NCBI RefSeq assembly: GCF_009914755.1
Contig: NC_060940.1
Strand: one strand, 5' to 3'
DNA: 64,000 nucleotides
From: the human T2T-CHM13v2.0 reference genome, Homo sapiens
A program made the translations under genes and the position numbers. Under the pieces are notes generated by a model, which did not search any database, was not told the DNA's origin, and saw only the letters and a program-made list of their open reading frames with translations. Below, piece after piece: positions 12,560 through 25,004 of the stretch (positions within the stretch are counted from its first letter, which is position 1; each line of letters opens with the position of its first letter).

Positions 12560-13330
12560 ACAGGTAGTTAAGTGATTATAAACTGTAAAAATAAATCAGC
12601 CTGATATAATTGCTTGAAGGAAAAAGATGACCAACATATTTAAAATGTCCATGGTGCCCCCTTTCCCATCTCCATTTGGCATCCTCTAATTACCTTCACA
12701 TTTCATTTCCATCAGCAAGATGACCTGTATTTCCTTCGAGAAGTGATGGGGAGGGGCCTGGTGGAGGAGCAGGGCCCCTGGTGATAAATCAGGCTTGCCA
12801 TTAGGAGTGAAGTGCTCATCTCGGCAGCGCTAAATGCAGGATTTATAAAGATGTCTCTGCCATCCAGCCCAATTGTGGACACCATAATAAATTCATGAGC
12901 GGGTGCCAGGGTAGCGCACTTCATTATGTGCGAGGCTTCTGGCCATTAATCTAGCCAGGAGGCGGGCAGGATTCCTGGGGAAGGAAGACAAATTTATGTG
13001 GCCCAAACTTACTCATTCCATTATGGATTTAATCGGCCCAGGCTCCGGGCTGCACAGAGGCGAGAGGACCGTTTTTTACACTTTGGATCAAGTGTTTGTA
13101 ACTCCCTGTTGTGTCTTATTTCTTCACAATAACGCCCTAATTTTATCCTTCACTCCGCTCTCAGAGAAAGTCTTCCAGAGACCTTCATTGCTGCCACTTA
13201 CTCCAGATAAAATATTTATACAATCAATTGACAGAGAGCATTTTCCCTTAAATGTTCTATTAACATGGAAATGCTTATATGCAAAATGGGCCTGGGAGCC
13301 TCTCTAGACACTTAACCCTTCACTTTACTG
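12560..13330. promoter_or_regulatory. Candidate conserved non-coding element / enhancer
   Basis: Repeat-free; CpGs retained; ATAAATCA x2, TTTATG, CCATTAAT, CAATCAATTGACAG. Confidence 0.45.
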
Positions 13331-13764
13331 CAAAGAAAGTTCACAAAGAGTGTAGAGGGGGAAAGAAAACGTGAGTCACAAAATTGAAAGCATTTTCATA
13401 ATCACAGTCTGGTTGCACATGTGCCTGATGTGTGTGCAGTGTTTGTACGTGCACATGCAGTCATTTCTACGATGAGGGACTGGGAATGCCTTTGGCATTT
13501 CCATGGAACTAAACTCTAGAAATTGACTAGAAGTTGGCAGATCTATACCATGTATGTCCACGGAATCCCACTAGAATAAAAACTTTTCAGTTTCCTATTG
13601 CCCTATAGCGAGGTCAACAAACACTTGGTCCATGAGCTACCACTTCTCCTTCTTGCATACTTGACAGTATATTTTTTTTTCTAGCTAAGCCCAGATAAGT
13701 CCTCCAAATCCTTCTCAACACAGGTAGGCAATGCCAATCTATCTTCATCGATGAGAATAAGCAT

Positions 13765-13950
13765 AATTGCATCACATATATAGCACTTACTATGAGCTAG
13801 CACTATGCTTAGAGCTTTACATCTAGTAGGTCATTTAATCTTTACAACAATCTTACAAGGTAAGTACTAATATTATTCTTATGTTACATATGAGACTGGG
13901 AACAGTGAGTAATAAGCGTGACTGAGAGCACAACCAGTGAGTGGTGTCAT
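13765..13950 (-). mobile_element. MIR
   Basis: TAGCACTTACTATG...TCATTTAATCTTTACAACAATC...GGTAAGTACTAATATTATT. Confidence 0.7.
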
Positions 13951-14259
13951 TCTTACCTTCCCCAAACTCTGGAGCGCTGCATTCGACGCCTTCCATGATG
14001 CACTAGTGTTTCCCCACAAAACTGATCATGTTAAACAGACCACACTTAAGGAGCTTCCCAAAGAGAGGGGTAGCACCCTCAGGGAATTACTGGGTTAGCA
14101 ACACCCCTCATACCACTGGACTGCCAACAGGTGCACCAAGGCCTGATCTTATGACATTAGGACCTTCTAACTTGAGACTTGCTTCTGACACCAACTTGAT
14201 AAGAGACTTTGGGCAGTCCAGTCAATTACCAGATACAAGACAGGCATTATCAACCCCTT

Positions 14260-14645
14260 CGACAAACATTGACATTGATATGTCAAGCACTGTGTCAAGC
14301 CTAGGCCTTGCCAGGGGTGGGGGTAAAAGGGTGAATAAAGTCAAACTTTCGTCTGTGAGGAACTTGCCGTCTTTCAGAGAGCTAGATGGCAACTAAACAA
14401 TAGTTAAAATAGATGATGGAACGAGCTGTATAAAACCGGTTCAAATCCTATGGGAGAACACAGCAGAGATGAAAACATCAGAACAAAGTGTGAAGAGGAA
14501 AGATGGTGACATTTAACTGGTTCTTGGGAGATGAGCAGGACTTGACCACGTGGGCTGAGTGATGGGAATGTGGAAAACAGGCATCCCAGGAAGAGAAACG
14601 AGCACAAGCAAAGGTGTGGGGAGGTGAAGGAGCTGTGCTTGGGAG
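14260..14645 (-). mobile_element. L2 fragment
   Basis: ATGTCAAGCACTGTG...CTATGGGAGAACAC...GGCATCCCAGGAAGAGAAAC...GCAAAGG. Confidence 0.6.
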
Positions 14646-14941
14646 TCATGAACAGAACAACCCTCACAAGAGCATCTAGAACCTTCATCTTTGGTAAAGT
14701 TTTGTTGACATTGAGGAAAGAGAAGTGAGGGGTGTTTGCCTTTAAGGAGCCCTTCCCCAGATCCCTCATGTTGGCTCCTCTTTGGAGGAAGTGTCTTCAT
14801 TTTTTCTCAAATGACTGTTTCTTTATCTGTTGTCCTAATCCTAGAACTTTGTGTCTACGTGCTGAAATGAAGCTCCAAAGGGTGTGGGAGAAGGATTTGG
14901 AGACAGAAAGAGGTTTGCAAACATTCAAATCAGGAGAAGAT

Positions 14942-15256
14942 GGCTGGGTGAGGTGGCTCACACCAGTAATCCTAGCACTTCAGGAGGCCGAGGCAAGAGG
15001 ATCTCTTGAGGCCAGGAGTTCAAAACCAGCCTGGAAAACATAGTGAGATCTCATCTCTACAAAAATAAAAAATAAAAATAAAAAAATTAGCCAGGGGTGA
15101 TGCCACATATCTGTGATCCTAGCTACTCAGGAGGCTGAGGTGGGAGGGAGTTTGAGGTTGCAGTGAACTATGATTGTATCACTGAACTTCATCCTGGGCA
15201 ACAGAATGAGACCCTATTTCTAAAAACTTTTTAAAAATAAAAATAAATTTAAAAAA
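14942..15256 (+). mobile_element. AluJ
   Basis: Dimeric diverged Alu; TSD AAAT(C/T)AGGAGAAGA. Confidence 0.9.
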
Positions 15257-16135
15257 TTAGGAGAAGACTCAGAGAGAGGGAGGAGATGTCTCTGTTTGGG
15301 TTTATTGGAGCCATAAGAGATGAAAGTCAGCTAGTGTTGTGATTTAGGTTAGGCTAGGCTAAAATTAGGCACATCAACATGCCATTCAGCTCAGATTAGG
15401 GGTGGGATTTTCCTATAATGCTGGTGAAAGAGAACTGGGTAAAGATATGCAACAATTCTTTGTGTCTGGAAAAAGCTTTCCTGAGAAACAGAAAGAAAGC
15501 TAACACTGTGGATTACCAAAGCCTATAGAGGAGAAGGCAATGAGACCAACATTCTGACGACTCTGAAGATGAGCAGGTCTTTCAAAACACAATCTACAAA
15601 AAAAGAGATAATAATAATAGAGAACTGTTTGGTATAGAACACAAAGCCCGAAGAGTATGAGTTAAGACCAACAGAATGAGATGCGAATAAAAATAAATGA
15701 GATCAAGAAGAAGTATATGAAAACTAAAAATGCATTAGGAGAAGTAAAATCCATATTTCATATGGAATAGAGAAGAATTGCTACCGTAAATATTAAGTCA
15801 TGAAATGGAGGGTAAGCTAGAGAAACTCCAGAATGTAGAAGAAGTAGTAGGGAAAAGTAGATAAAAATGATAGAAGAAAGATGATAAATGTGGAGAAAAG
15901 ACAAAAAAAAAAGCGAGGGAAATTGCCTCTCTACTTTTTGTTGGTTACAGTTTGTTAACAGAATTCCTAGTACAGTGTTGCTTAAGCCCAGTTAATAAAA
16001 GCAGATTTCTCTGGATTGTATTTTTTGCTGTCCATATAGTACTGAGACATACATCAATGCAGGGCTGGGTTAGAAGAGAAAAGTGAATGGTTGTGACCAC
16101 TCAAAATCATTAATCCCCTCCAAGATCAAAGCTTC

Positions 16136-16625
16136 AGTGTCAGTTATCTATTGCTGGTTCACAAACTACTCCAAAACTAAGTGATTACAAAACTAAGTGA
16201 TTATTTTGTGTATGATTCTGTGAAAAGGAATTCAGGAAGGGCTCTGCCGGATGGTTCATCTCTGAGTTACATGGTGTCAGCTGGGGTGGCTGGGACCGGA
16301 CCTCTTCCAAGATGGCTTCTCTACGCACATACTGGTTCCTTGGGGATACAGCCAGGAGACTGGGCTCAGCATGGTTCCTTTCACTCTCTGTGCGGTACAG
16401 CATTTCCTCATGTGAAGCAAGGAAGTCATACTTCTTACATGGCAGCTTAGGTTGCCAAAAGTGAGACAGGAAGTGAAACTTGCCTAGGCTCAGAAATGCA
16501 CAATGAATCTTTCACCATATTCTATTAGTCCAGCAGTCATTGATCCCACTCAGGTTCACAGGAGATAACATAGATCCCCAGTTCTCAATCCGAGGAATGT
16601 CAAAATTTCTGGCCATCCTTCACCA
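16136..16625 (-). mobile_element. MaLR LTR (MLT1H-like)
   Basis: TCAGTTATCTATTGCTG...TGGTGTCAGCTGGGGTGGCT...CTTCCAAGATGGCTTC...CTTCTTACATGGCAGC. Confidence 0.7.
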
Positions 16626-19036
16626 TTGTCTCTCTTTTTCCTTAGGATCTTTTCCCCTATGTTTTTCCCTTAGGATGATTTCTTTTCCAGGACACCCCTC
16701 AGTCCCTTATGAAAACAGATTCCTGGCAGATGCCCCTGTGAAGCTCACTAGGCTCATCCAAACCCCTGCATAGCCCATGGTTCAAACTCAACCTAGACCC
16801 CTTTCTTGAAAAAGTAATGGTAAAAAATTAAATATTTTTTAAAGAAATTTTAAAAAGTAAACTTTCCAGATTTTAAGAAGAGAAAAAGAAAACCCATGGG
16901 ACTTATAGCAAAAAATCAATAAACACATCATTTAAAACAGAAAACACAAAATAAAATGAAAGAAATGAGAACAAGAATGCTAATTATAAAAAATAAATCT
17001 ATATTTCCCCAGGCAACACTAACCTATGATGTAGCAAATAGTGTACTGGCTATAGTAACTACCCTTGTGTTTGCTTTTGTCTCCACATGCAGGGTTCTAG
17101 GTCCCAGAAATATGCCCCTTAAGTTGTCAAATTTGTCCTGAAGTCTTCTGGGGGAGTTCCTTATAGGCTTATTAGAATATGAAGTTCAAACAGCTGCTAG
17201 TTTACAACCTCTAGGCTCCAGCGCTGCGTGCCAGGCACCTACCAGGGCCAGTTGATATTACTGCTACCTCCCCTAGTACCTGCTGACAACCACAGGCACC
17301 AAGGTCCTTGAGGCATCTCATGGTGGGTGTGGCAAAAGTGAGACAAGGTTTGTCCCACCCTTTTGGGATACAGTGTGTTATAAGGGCTGTGAGATAATGC
17401 TGCTTGAGGGGCTACACCCTACAAAGTTGGTAGCCATGTTAGCTCCACCTCCCTTTCTCCCTCCCTCCTGCCCTCCTTCCCTCTCTCTTTCTCTGTCTCT
17501 CTCTCTCTTTGTCTTTTCCTACCTCCATCCTATTCCTTTCCTATTTCTCTGTCACACATGACCTGGCCCCAGCCCCATGTGGATGAGAATACACAAAATT
17601 AGAAGGTATTATATTGCCCTAAATAAACATCACCTCCCCTCCCCAATCTCTAAGTCTTTGCCTGTAGGTAGTTTCTCTCACAAGTGACTTTCTCTTTTCC
17701 TGAGAAGGACTTTATCCCCAGGGCATCTGTCAGCCCCTAAATATATACCATGGGCTGCCAGGTGTGCTCAGACCCAGCCGCAGCTCACTGTGGCTCCCAG
17801 TATATGGAAATGATTTTAAATACCCCATTAAAAGACTCCCTGATGGGAGTAAAAGTAAAATTTGATTACACGCTACTTCCATGAATTATGCGTAAAGAAA
17901 ATGGGACGGAGGGGTATATGAAAAGTGTTATAAAGAAGAACAAGGCAAATTGAAACAAAAAGAAAGTGAGTTATAATTCAAGTCTTTAAATTTAAGAGTC
18001 ATTTTATTATGATAGAAGTAACATCTTCAATGAAGATAAAATAGACCTTTATGAAAATTCAAAACATTTAAATTTTTTTGAAATGTAAGGAGAGTTAGAC
18101 AGAGATGTAATTGTGAGAAGGTTAACAAACCTTGGATGCCTTCAATACATCAAGTAAACTGAGAACATTTGAATAATACAGTTAATAAGACAAAAGATAT
18201 GTAGTATTTCCAACTTTGTTCCCTATACATACTTTTTCAAGTATTAGGAGAACATTTTCAAAAGCTTACTATGTACTACATCATCAAGAAAACCTTAATT
18301 AAAAAAAAAGTTTATAGGGCAAGTTTTCTGATAGAACTAAAATAAATGGAAACATTTCCAACAACCACAAAGAAAATGATAGAAACTTGGATAGTAAATA
18401 AATAAGTAAAAAAAAGTTCTCATAAGTAGTTATTGAGTCAAAAGGGAAATAAAAACCTGAGTTGCAGACTATTTAGAAAATAATAAAAGAACAAAACAAT
18501 GCTTCCTTAAAGCCTATGAGCTGTTGCCAAAACTACATTTCTTCAGAGCAAAGAAATGTAAAGCAATAAATTGTTTCATTATTTAAAAAGAAAGAGAAAA
18601 AATAAATGAATTAAAATTTGCCTTCAAGAAATTAATAAATGCACAACAAATACAGCAAGCCTAAAGAAAGCTGGATAAAAATTAAATTGATAAAAACAAA
18701 AAGGGATTGAATTAACAAAGAGAAGCATAATATAAATGTATGAGCTGACTCTTTAAAGCTATGAGAAAACATATTGTACTCCAGCACATCTAACAATAAA
18801 AAAGAAAGCAAGATTAAACTCAAATAAAACTAGAATGAGAAAGAGAATATAATAAAAGATAAGAACTTTTAAAATGAAATAATGAAGTCCTCTATGTATA
18901 GAAATAAAGGAGGAAGGCATAAAGGAAAAAATAATAGACTACATAGAAAAGAAACGTTTTTGCACTTCCACAAAATTAAAAATCAGAAGTATATGACAAC
19001 CTAGGAAAAATACTTTTAATATCCACAGTTGACAAA

Positions 19037-19453
19037 TGATATGGTTTGGATCTGTGTCCTCACTTAAGCCTCATGTTGAATTGCAGTCCCCAGTGTTGAA
19101 GTTGCAGCCTGGTGGGAGGTCGTTGGCTCATAGGAGTGCATCCTTCCTGAATGAGTTAGCACCATCCCTTTGGTGCTGTTCTCGTGATAGAGTTTTCATG
19201 ACATCTACTTGTTTAAAAATGCCTAGTACCTCCCTCTTTTCTCTCTCTTTCTCTTGCTCTGGCCATGTAAGACATGCCTGCTTCCTCTTTGCCTTCTGCC
19301 ATGATTGTAAGTTTCCTGAGACCTCCTCAGAAGCAGATGCTGCTAACTTTCCTGTACAGCCTGCAGAACCGTGAGCCAATTAAACCTCTTTTTTTAAATA
19401 AATTACCCAGTCTTAGGTATTTCTTTATAGCAGTGTGAGAACAGAACAATAAA
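19037..19453 (+). mobile_element. MST solo LTR (MSTA-like)
   Basis: TGATATGGTTTGG start; CCATGATTGTAAGTTTCCTGAG; CCAATTAAACCTCTTT; 5-bp TSD ACAAA. Confidence 0.9.
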
Positions 19454-21266
19454 ACAAATCTTCTAAATTCATAAGAAAAATATAAACACCCATCAGAAAA
19501 TGGGAAAGAAATATGGGTAGACAACTCAGAAAATAAAAACTCTAAATGCCCAATACATATAAGAAAAAAATGCTTAATTTCAATAATAATGAAAAAATAA
19601 AAACACAAACCATGATGCAAATATTTAAAATGTAGTAGTCTGAGCTGCTGAGCGAGCAGGCAAGCTGACCATCCCATATGCTGTTTATAGATCTGTAAAT
19701 TGCTTTAAATTTTCTAGGAGGAACTTGGAGTGTAGAACCAAAAAGATTTCAAATATCTATAACCTTTCACTTAATTATATTTCTAAAAAATATACATTGG
19801 GGCAATAATCACATATGTACACATATGTATATTTACAAACTATATATCCTAGCATTATTTGTTAGAAAAAAATAGAAGTAACTTGCATGTCTAACAATAG
19901 ATTGAAAAAATAAACTATGGCACATGTATATAATAGAATATTATGCAGTCATTAAAATTACATATTTGGTAACTGATGACAGAAAGTTCTTCGTGTCTTA
20001 TTAAGCAAAACAGTGAGCCAGCTAGCCAAATAGATAGTTAATAGACTGAAATATTAAAAGGAACTTAGAATTCATATGATTTTTATTTTTCAAATTTACT
20101 TTTGTATACTTTTCAAATGTTCTAAAATTAATACATATTTATCATGGTCATCAAATTAAAAATATATAGCTGTATTTTATAAATTTCAATATTAAGTAAA
20201 GTTTCCTGAAAAATCTTAATAAAATAGATAGTTTCTAAGAAAATATAATTGGTCAAAATCGATTTAAAACATTTCAAAAACTATCAGAGTTGCCTTTGAA
20301 AAACTCTCCAGGGGTAGACTGTCTTATTGTAAATATTTTCACACTTCCATGGGGCCAAATTAGTTCCACACTAATAAGTTTTCCAAAGTTAGAAAAAACT
20401 TGAAAGCTTTCTGATCCATTTTATAGCACAGTGAAATATGACAAAGATAACAAAGAAATAGCCCAATCTCACATATGAATATAGATGCAAACATTTTCTA
20501 AATTAAAAAATAATAATAACAAATTGAAACCAGCAACACATTAAATATAAAAACCAAATATTATATCATTCCAAATATTACTTATATCAGGAAATAAAGA
20601 ATGGTTTAATATTGGTAACATCTAAGACAAAATGTTATATCAATAAATCAAGGAAAAAAACATACAATCATTTTAATAGATGCCAAAAGAGAATTTGATT
20701 GAATTCAGCACCCAGTTCTTAGTAATCTGGAAAGAGAAGCATGCTTTTTTACTGTATTAAAATCTTGTATAGTGGTTTCAAACATGTGTTCTGGCACCAA
20801 AGTCCATGGATATGAATCTTGGCACTTCTACTTGTTTTGAGATGAACAGCAAAATCTGGATTATTCTGGATGTTCTAGCCTCAGTCAGAACTTGAGAGGA
20901 GCAAAGATATTGTTTTTGCAGATGACATGAAGTTTACCTAAAATATAGAAGAGAAAAATATATGTGACATTCTTGAGGCAGAAGTACTTGGACCTCAGAA
21001 AAGATGTTAATTCACTTTGTATTGCGCATAGCTTTCTACTGCTTGAAATTTTTTAAACATTTTATCTTAAACAAGTATTATCAGTTTAATCAAAAACAAG
21101 GATGAAACCATACTGGGACAGCCAAGACAGGTTTTCTGAACATCTACAATTTGGAAAATTAAAATTAAAGAAGGAGAAATTGTGATTAAGGTTAAAATTT
21201 TGATATATGAAATACAGATGAAGTGATATGATCTTGCAGGGTTTGCTTCAGAATCATTCAGTGCAA

Positions 21267-21268
<2 letters not shown>

Positions 21269-21302
<34 letters not shown>
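21269..21302. repeat. (GT)17 microsatellite
   Basis: Directly visible. Confidence 0.95.
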
Positions 21303-21304
<2 letters not shown>

Positions 21305-21355
21305 TGGGTAGAGGTTGGGTTAGTATAGATAAAAAGATTGGTGATGTGTTAAATA

Positions 21356-22048
21356 TTTTTTTAATTTTTAATTCATAATTTTTCTGTGTACATACTAGAT
21401 ATATATATATTTATGGGTTACATGGGATATTTTGATACAGGCATGCAATGTCTGATAATTACATCAGGGTAAATGGGATATCCATACCCTCAAGCATGTA
21501 TCCTTGGTGTTACAAATAATCCAGTTATACTCTTTTAGTTATTTTTAATGTACAATTATTTTTTATTCACCCTGTTGTGCTAGCAAATACTAGGTCTTAC
21601 TCATTCTTTCTATGTTTTGTACTCATTTACCATCCCTACATCGCCCCAACACTCACTCCCCATCCAACAACTACCTTTCCCAGCCTCTGGTAACCATCCT
21701 TCTACTCTCTATTTATGTGAATTTAGTTGCTCTAACTTTTAGCTCCCACAAATGAGAACATGTGATGTTTGTCTTTCTGTGCCTGGCTTATTTCACTGAA
21801 CATAATGATCTCCAGTTCCATCCATGTTACTGCAGATGACAGGATTTCATTCTTTTTTATGACTGAACAGTACTCCATCGTGTATATGTACAATTTCTTC
21901 ATCCATTCTTCTGTCGATGGACACTTAGGTTGCTTCCAAATCTTGGCTATTGTGAATAGTGCTGCAACAAACATGAGAGTGCAAATATCTCTTCAATATA
22001 CTGATTTCCTTTCTTTTGGGTATATACCTAGGAGTGGGATTATATGTT
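21356..22048 (-). mobile_element. L1MA-type 3' end
   Basis: Antisense 3' UTR and ORF2 C-terminus (ORF track 21732..21974 [19 protein letters not shown]). Confidence 0.85.
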
Positions 22049-22124
22049 GAAAAATTTTAAAGCTAGGAGATAAGCCCATGTGAGTTCATTATACTATTGT
22101 CCATGAAGAGATAAAAGTCATGCT

Positions 22125-22184
22125 TTAGGTTGGCGCACAAGAAATTGTAGTTTTTGCCATTAAACTTCTTTTGTACCAACCAAA
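22125..22184. mobile_element. MADE1 mariner MITE, internally deleted
   Basis: TTAGGTTGGCGCACAAG...TTTTTGCCATT...CTTTTGTACCAACC matches Hsmar1/MADE1 TIRs. Confidence 0.7.
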
Positions 22185-22887
22185 AGCATTTAACTTTAGA
22201 AAAACAATAATAATATATAAATTATAATTCTAAATTAATAAATTCAAAAATAATTTATGTCTTACTTGATCTAGTCACAGTGTCATTTCTAATTGTCATA
22301 ATAAAAAATTGTTCAAATTAGAACATACAATTTCAATTTGAAAAGTAAAGATTTTGAAAAACTATGCAAAACAATGAACTGAAAAATTTATTAGAACCAA
22401 TTAAAATCCAGTAAGATAGCTGAATTCATAACAAAGGTACAAAATAAAAAGCTTTCTTAAATAGCAGTAAAAACCAGTTAGAAAAGAGTATTGATATGAT
22501 GACCTCAGACACAAAACAACAGTATACATAAAATATTTAAGAAAAATGTTATAACATATGCAGAAATCTATACAAAATATTTTATGAAAGTACACAAAAC
22601 AGTATATTAACAAAATGAATATGATGACATGTTTCTGGATGGGAAGGTGAAATATTGAACGGATGTCAATTATTTCTGAATTTAATAATATAGTTCATAT
22701 AATTCAAACAAAATCTCATTGAGATTCACCTTGGAGAGAAAGGAGCAGCAATATTTGAACAATGAATCAAAAAGTTTCCTGGAAGTACAGATAGGCAAAA
22801 TCATTCCGAACAGTTTTTGGGAAGGAAGCAAAAAAGACTGATTTACTTGACCATGTATTCAAATGTATTCAATTAAAACAAAATGTT

Positions 22888-23537
22888 CAGCAGGACCTTG
22901 AATAGCATCATTTTATTCAACATCCTTTCATTGTAACATTGATGAGGGAAAAAAGTCAATTCCCGGCCAGGATCCTTGTCGGTGTCAAGTTTACACGTTC
23001 TTCCCATGTCTACGTGGGTTTTTTTCCAGGTACTGTGGTTTCCTCCCACATCCCAGAGCTGTGCCCATTTGGTGAACCGGCATGTCTAAATGGTCCCAGG
23101 ATCAGTGATTGTGGGTATGTGTGAGTGCAACCTATGATGGGAGGGCATCCTGTCCGGGGCTGGTTCCCACTTTGTGATTGACAGCTGGGTATTTACACTC
23201 AGCTGTAAATGGGCAAATCAATCCCTGAGCTTCTGGGATAGGCTACAGTGATCCATGACTTGGCTGGCATAATTGGGTACATAATTCTCTCACTTGTTTT
23301 TATTAATCTTTCTTACACGTATGTATATATCACATTTATTTCACTATTTAATATTAGACGTGTTTTGGGTCTTGATTTAGAAATTTAGTGATGTTTTTGT
23401 GACCAGAAATATGCCATAGGAGCTCAACTCTTATTTATGTCAATTAGGCTATGGTAAAACTGGTTTTCTTATGCATTATTTTGCCTAAAGATCCAGTTTC
23501 CAAGAACCTATCAATGACATTAAGTGAGGACTTACTA
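22888..23537 (-). mobile_element. MER82-like TcMar-Tigger DNA transposon
   Basis: Ends CAGCAGGACCTTGAATA and CAAGAACCTATCAATGACATTAAGTGAGGACTTACT; internal GGTTTCCTCCCACATCCC and GGGATAGGCT. Confidence 0.75.
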
Positions 23538-23547
23538 TTAATATATA

Positions 23548-23909
23548 TGTCTCAGTCAGCACACACTAGGTTCTGCTAGCAGTAACAAACAACCCCCAAA
23601 CGTCTTTTAAACAGACTTACATCTTATTTCTGATTCATGTCCATTACAAGTTGACTGGGGACACTGCTCCACTTCTCCTTACTCCAGCTGATGGGGTCAC
23701 TGGTGGAGGAGAAGAGTTCTGAGTGGTTTCCTACAGACAGGTAAAGCCTACCTGGGAAAAGACTCACATCACATCTGCTCATATTTCCATGACCAGAGCC
23801 AGCCACATGACTTCATACAACCCTAGGAAGGCAAGGTAATGCAATATAACCACATTCCCAGAAGCCAACAAGCCAGACATTTTGGTGAATATCATTAATA
23901 ACTACTACA
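23548..23909 (-). mobile_element. MaLR LTR (MLT1J-like)
   Basis: CTAGGTTCTGCTAGCAGTAACAAACAACCCCCAAA...CTGCTCATATTTCCATGACCAGAGC...CTACTACA. Confidence 0.65.
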
Positions 23910-24367
23910 GACACTTGCAGAAAAAAGAACAAAGCAGCAGCTAACCCACAAAAAACCCTATTAAGTATAAGAATACCATATGTGATGGCATCATGTCAGA
24001 GGAAGAATGCAGAATTAGGTAATAAAAACCACTGAAAAAACTGGTTAAATACTTGAAGTGAAAAAAATTGGTTTCTTACTTTGGCCCATAATAAAGTTCA
24101 GATGCTAACTAAACAAACAAACAAACAAAAACCTTTAAGAAGGTAGGAGAAACTCTATATATGTATCTATTTGTATATACACTATATAATCAATTATATT
24201 TATATAAGTAAACACCTCTCTCTATGTGTGCATATATACAGATCATGTTTATATGTGATTAAGAAACAGAAGGAATGACTAACCTTAAAAGTAATGTAAT
24301 AAATATCAAAAGAAAAAAAAGGATTTGATCAGACATATTAAAATTTCTCAACATAACCACACAGGTG

Positions 24368-24373
<6 letters not shown>

Positions 24374-24450
<77 letters not shown>
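24374..24450. repeat. Compound (TA)~23(CA)~16 microsatellite
   Basis: Directly visible. Confidence 0.95.
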
Positions 24451-24456
<6 letters not shown>

Positions 24457-24504
24457 GTTAAACAATAGACAGGAGGAAATATTTATAACAAATATACTAA
24501 TTTT

Positions 24505-25004
24505 TTTTTTTATTCCAAACATAAAACACTTTATTTTGTGTAAGAAGAGTTATCCCTTGCCTATCCAGGGTGACACCAGTGACTGCACATGTGTTCTTTT
24601 TTTTTTTTAATTTGTTTTATTTTACTTTATTTTTTTCTTTTTCATTTTTTTTTTTAAATTATACTTTAAGTTTTAGGGTACATGTGCACAACATGCAGGT
24701 TTGTTACATATGTATACATGTGCCATGTTGGTGTGCTGCACCCATTAACTCGTCATTTACATTAGGTATATCTCCTAATGCTATCCCCCCCCTCCCACCC
24801 CACAACAGGCCCCAGTGTGTGATGTTCCCCTTCCTGTGTCCAAGTGTTCTCATTGTTCAATTCCCACCTATGAGTGAGAACATGCGGTATTTGGTTTTTT
24901 GTCCTTGTGATAGTTTGCTGAGAATGATGGTTTCCAGCTTCATCCATGTCCCTACAAAGGACATGAACTCATCATTTTTTATGGCACATAGTATTCCATG
25001 GTGT
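24505..25004 (-). mobile_element. 5'-truncated L1PA (PA4/5-like) with 3' transduced sequence
   Basis: L1PA 3' UTR 24657-25004; two poly(T) tracts flanking ~85 bp of unique DNA; TSD at 24489-24504 and 25005-25020. Confidence 0.85.

Noticed and set aside
21732-21974. ORF resembling L1 ORF2 C-terminus
   Set aside because: Fragment of a 5'-truncated, non-functional L1.
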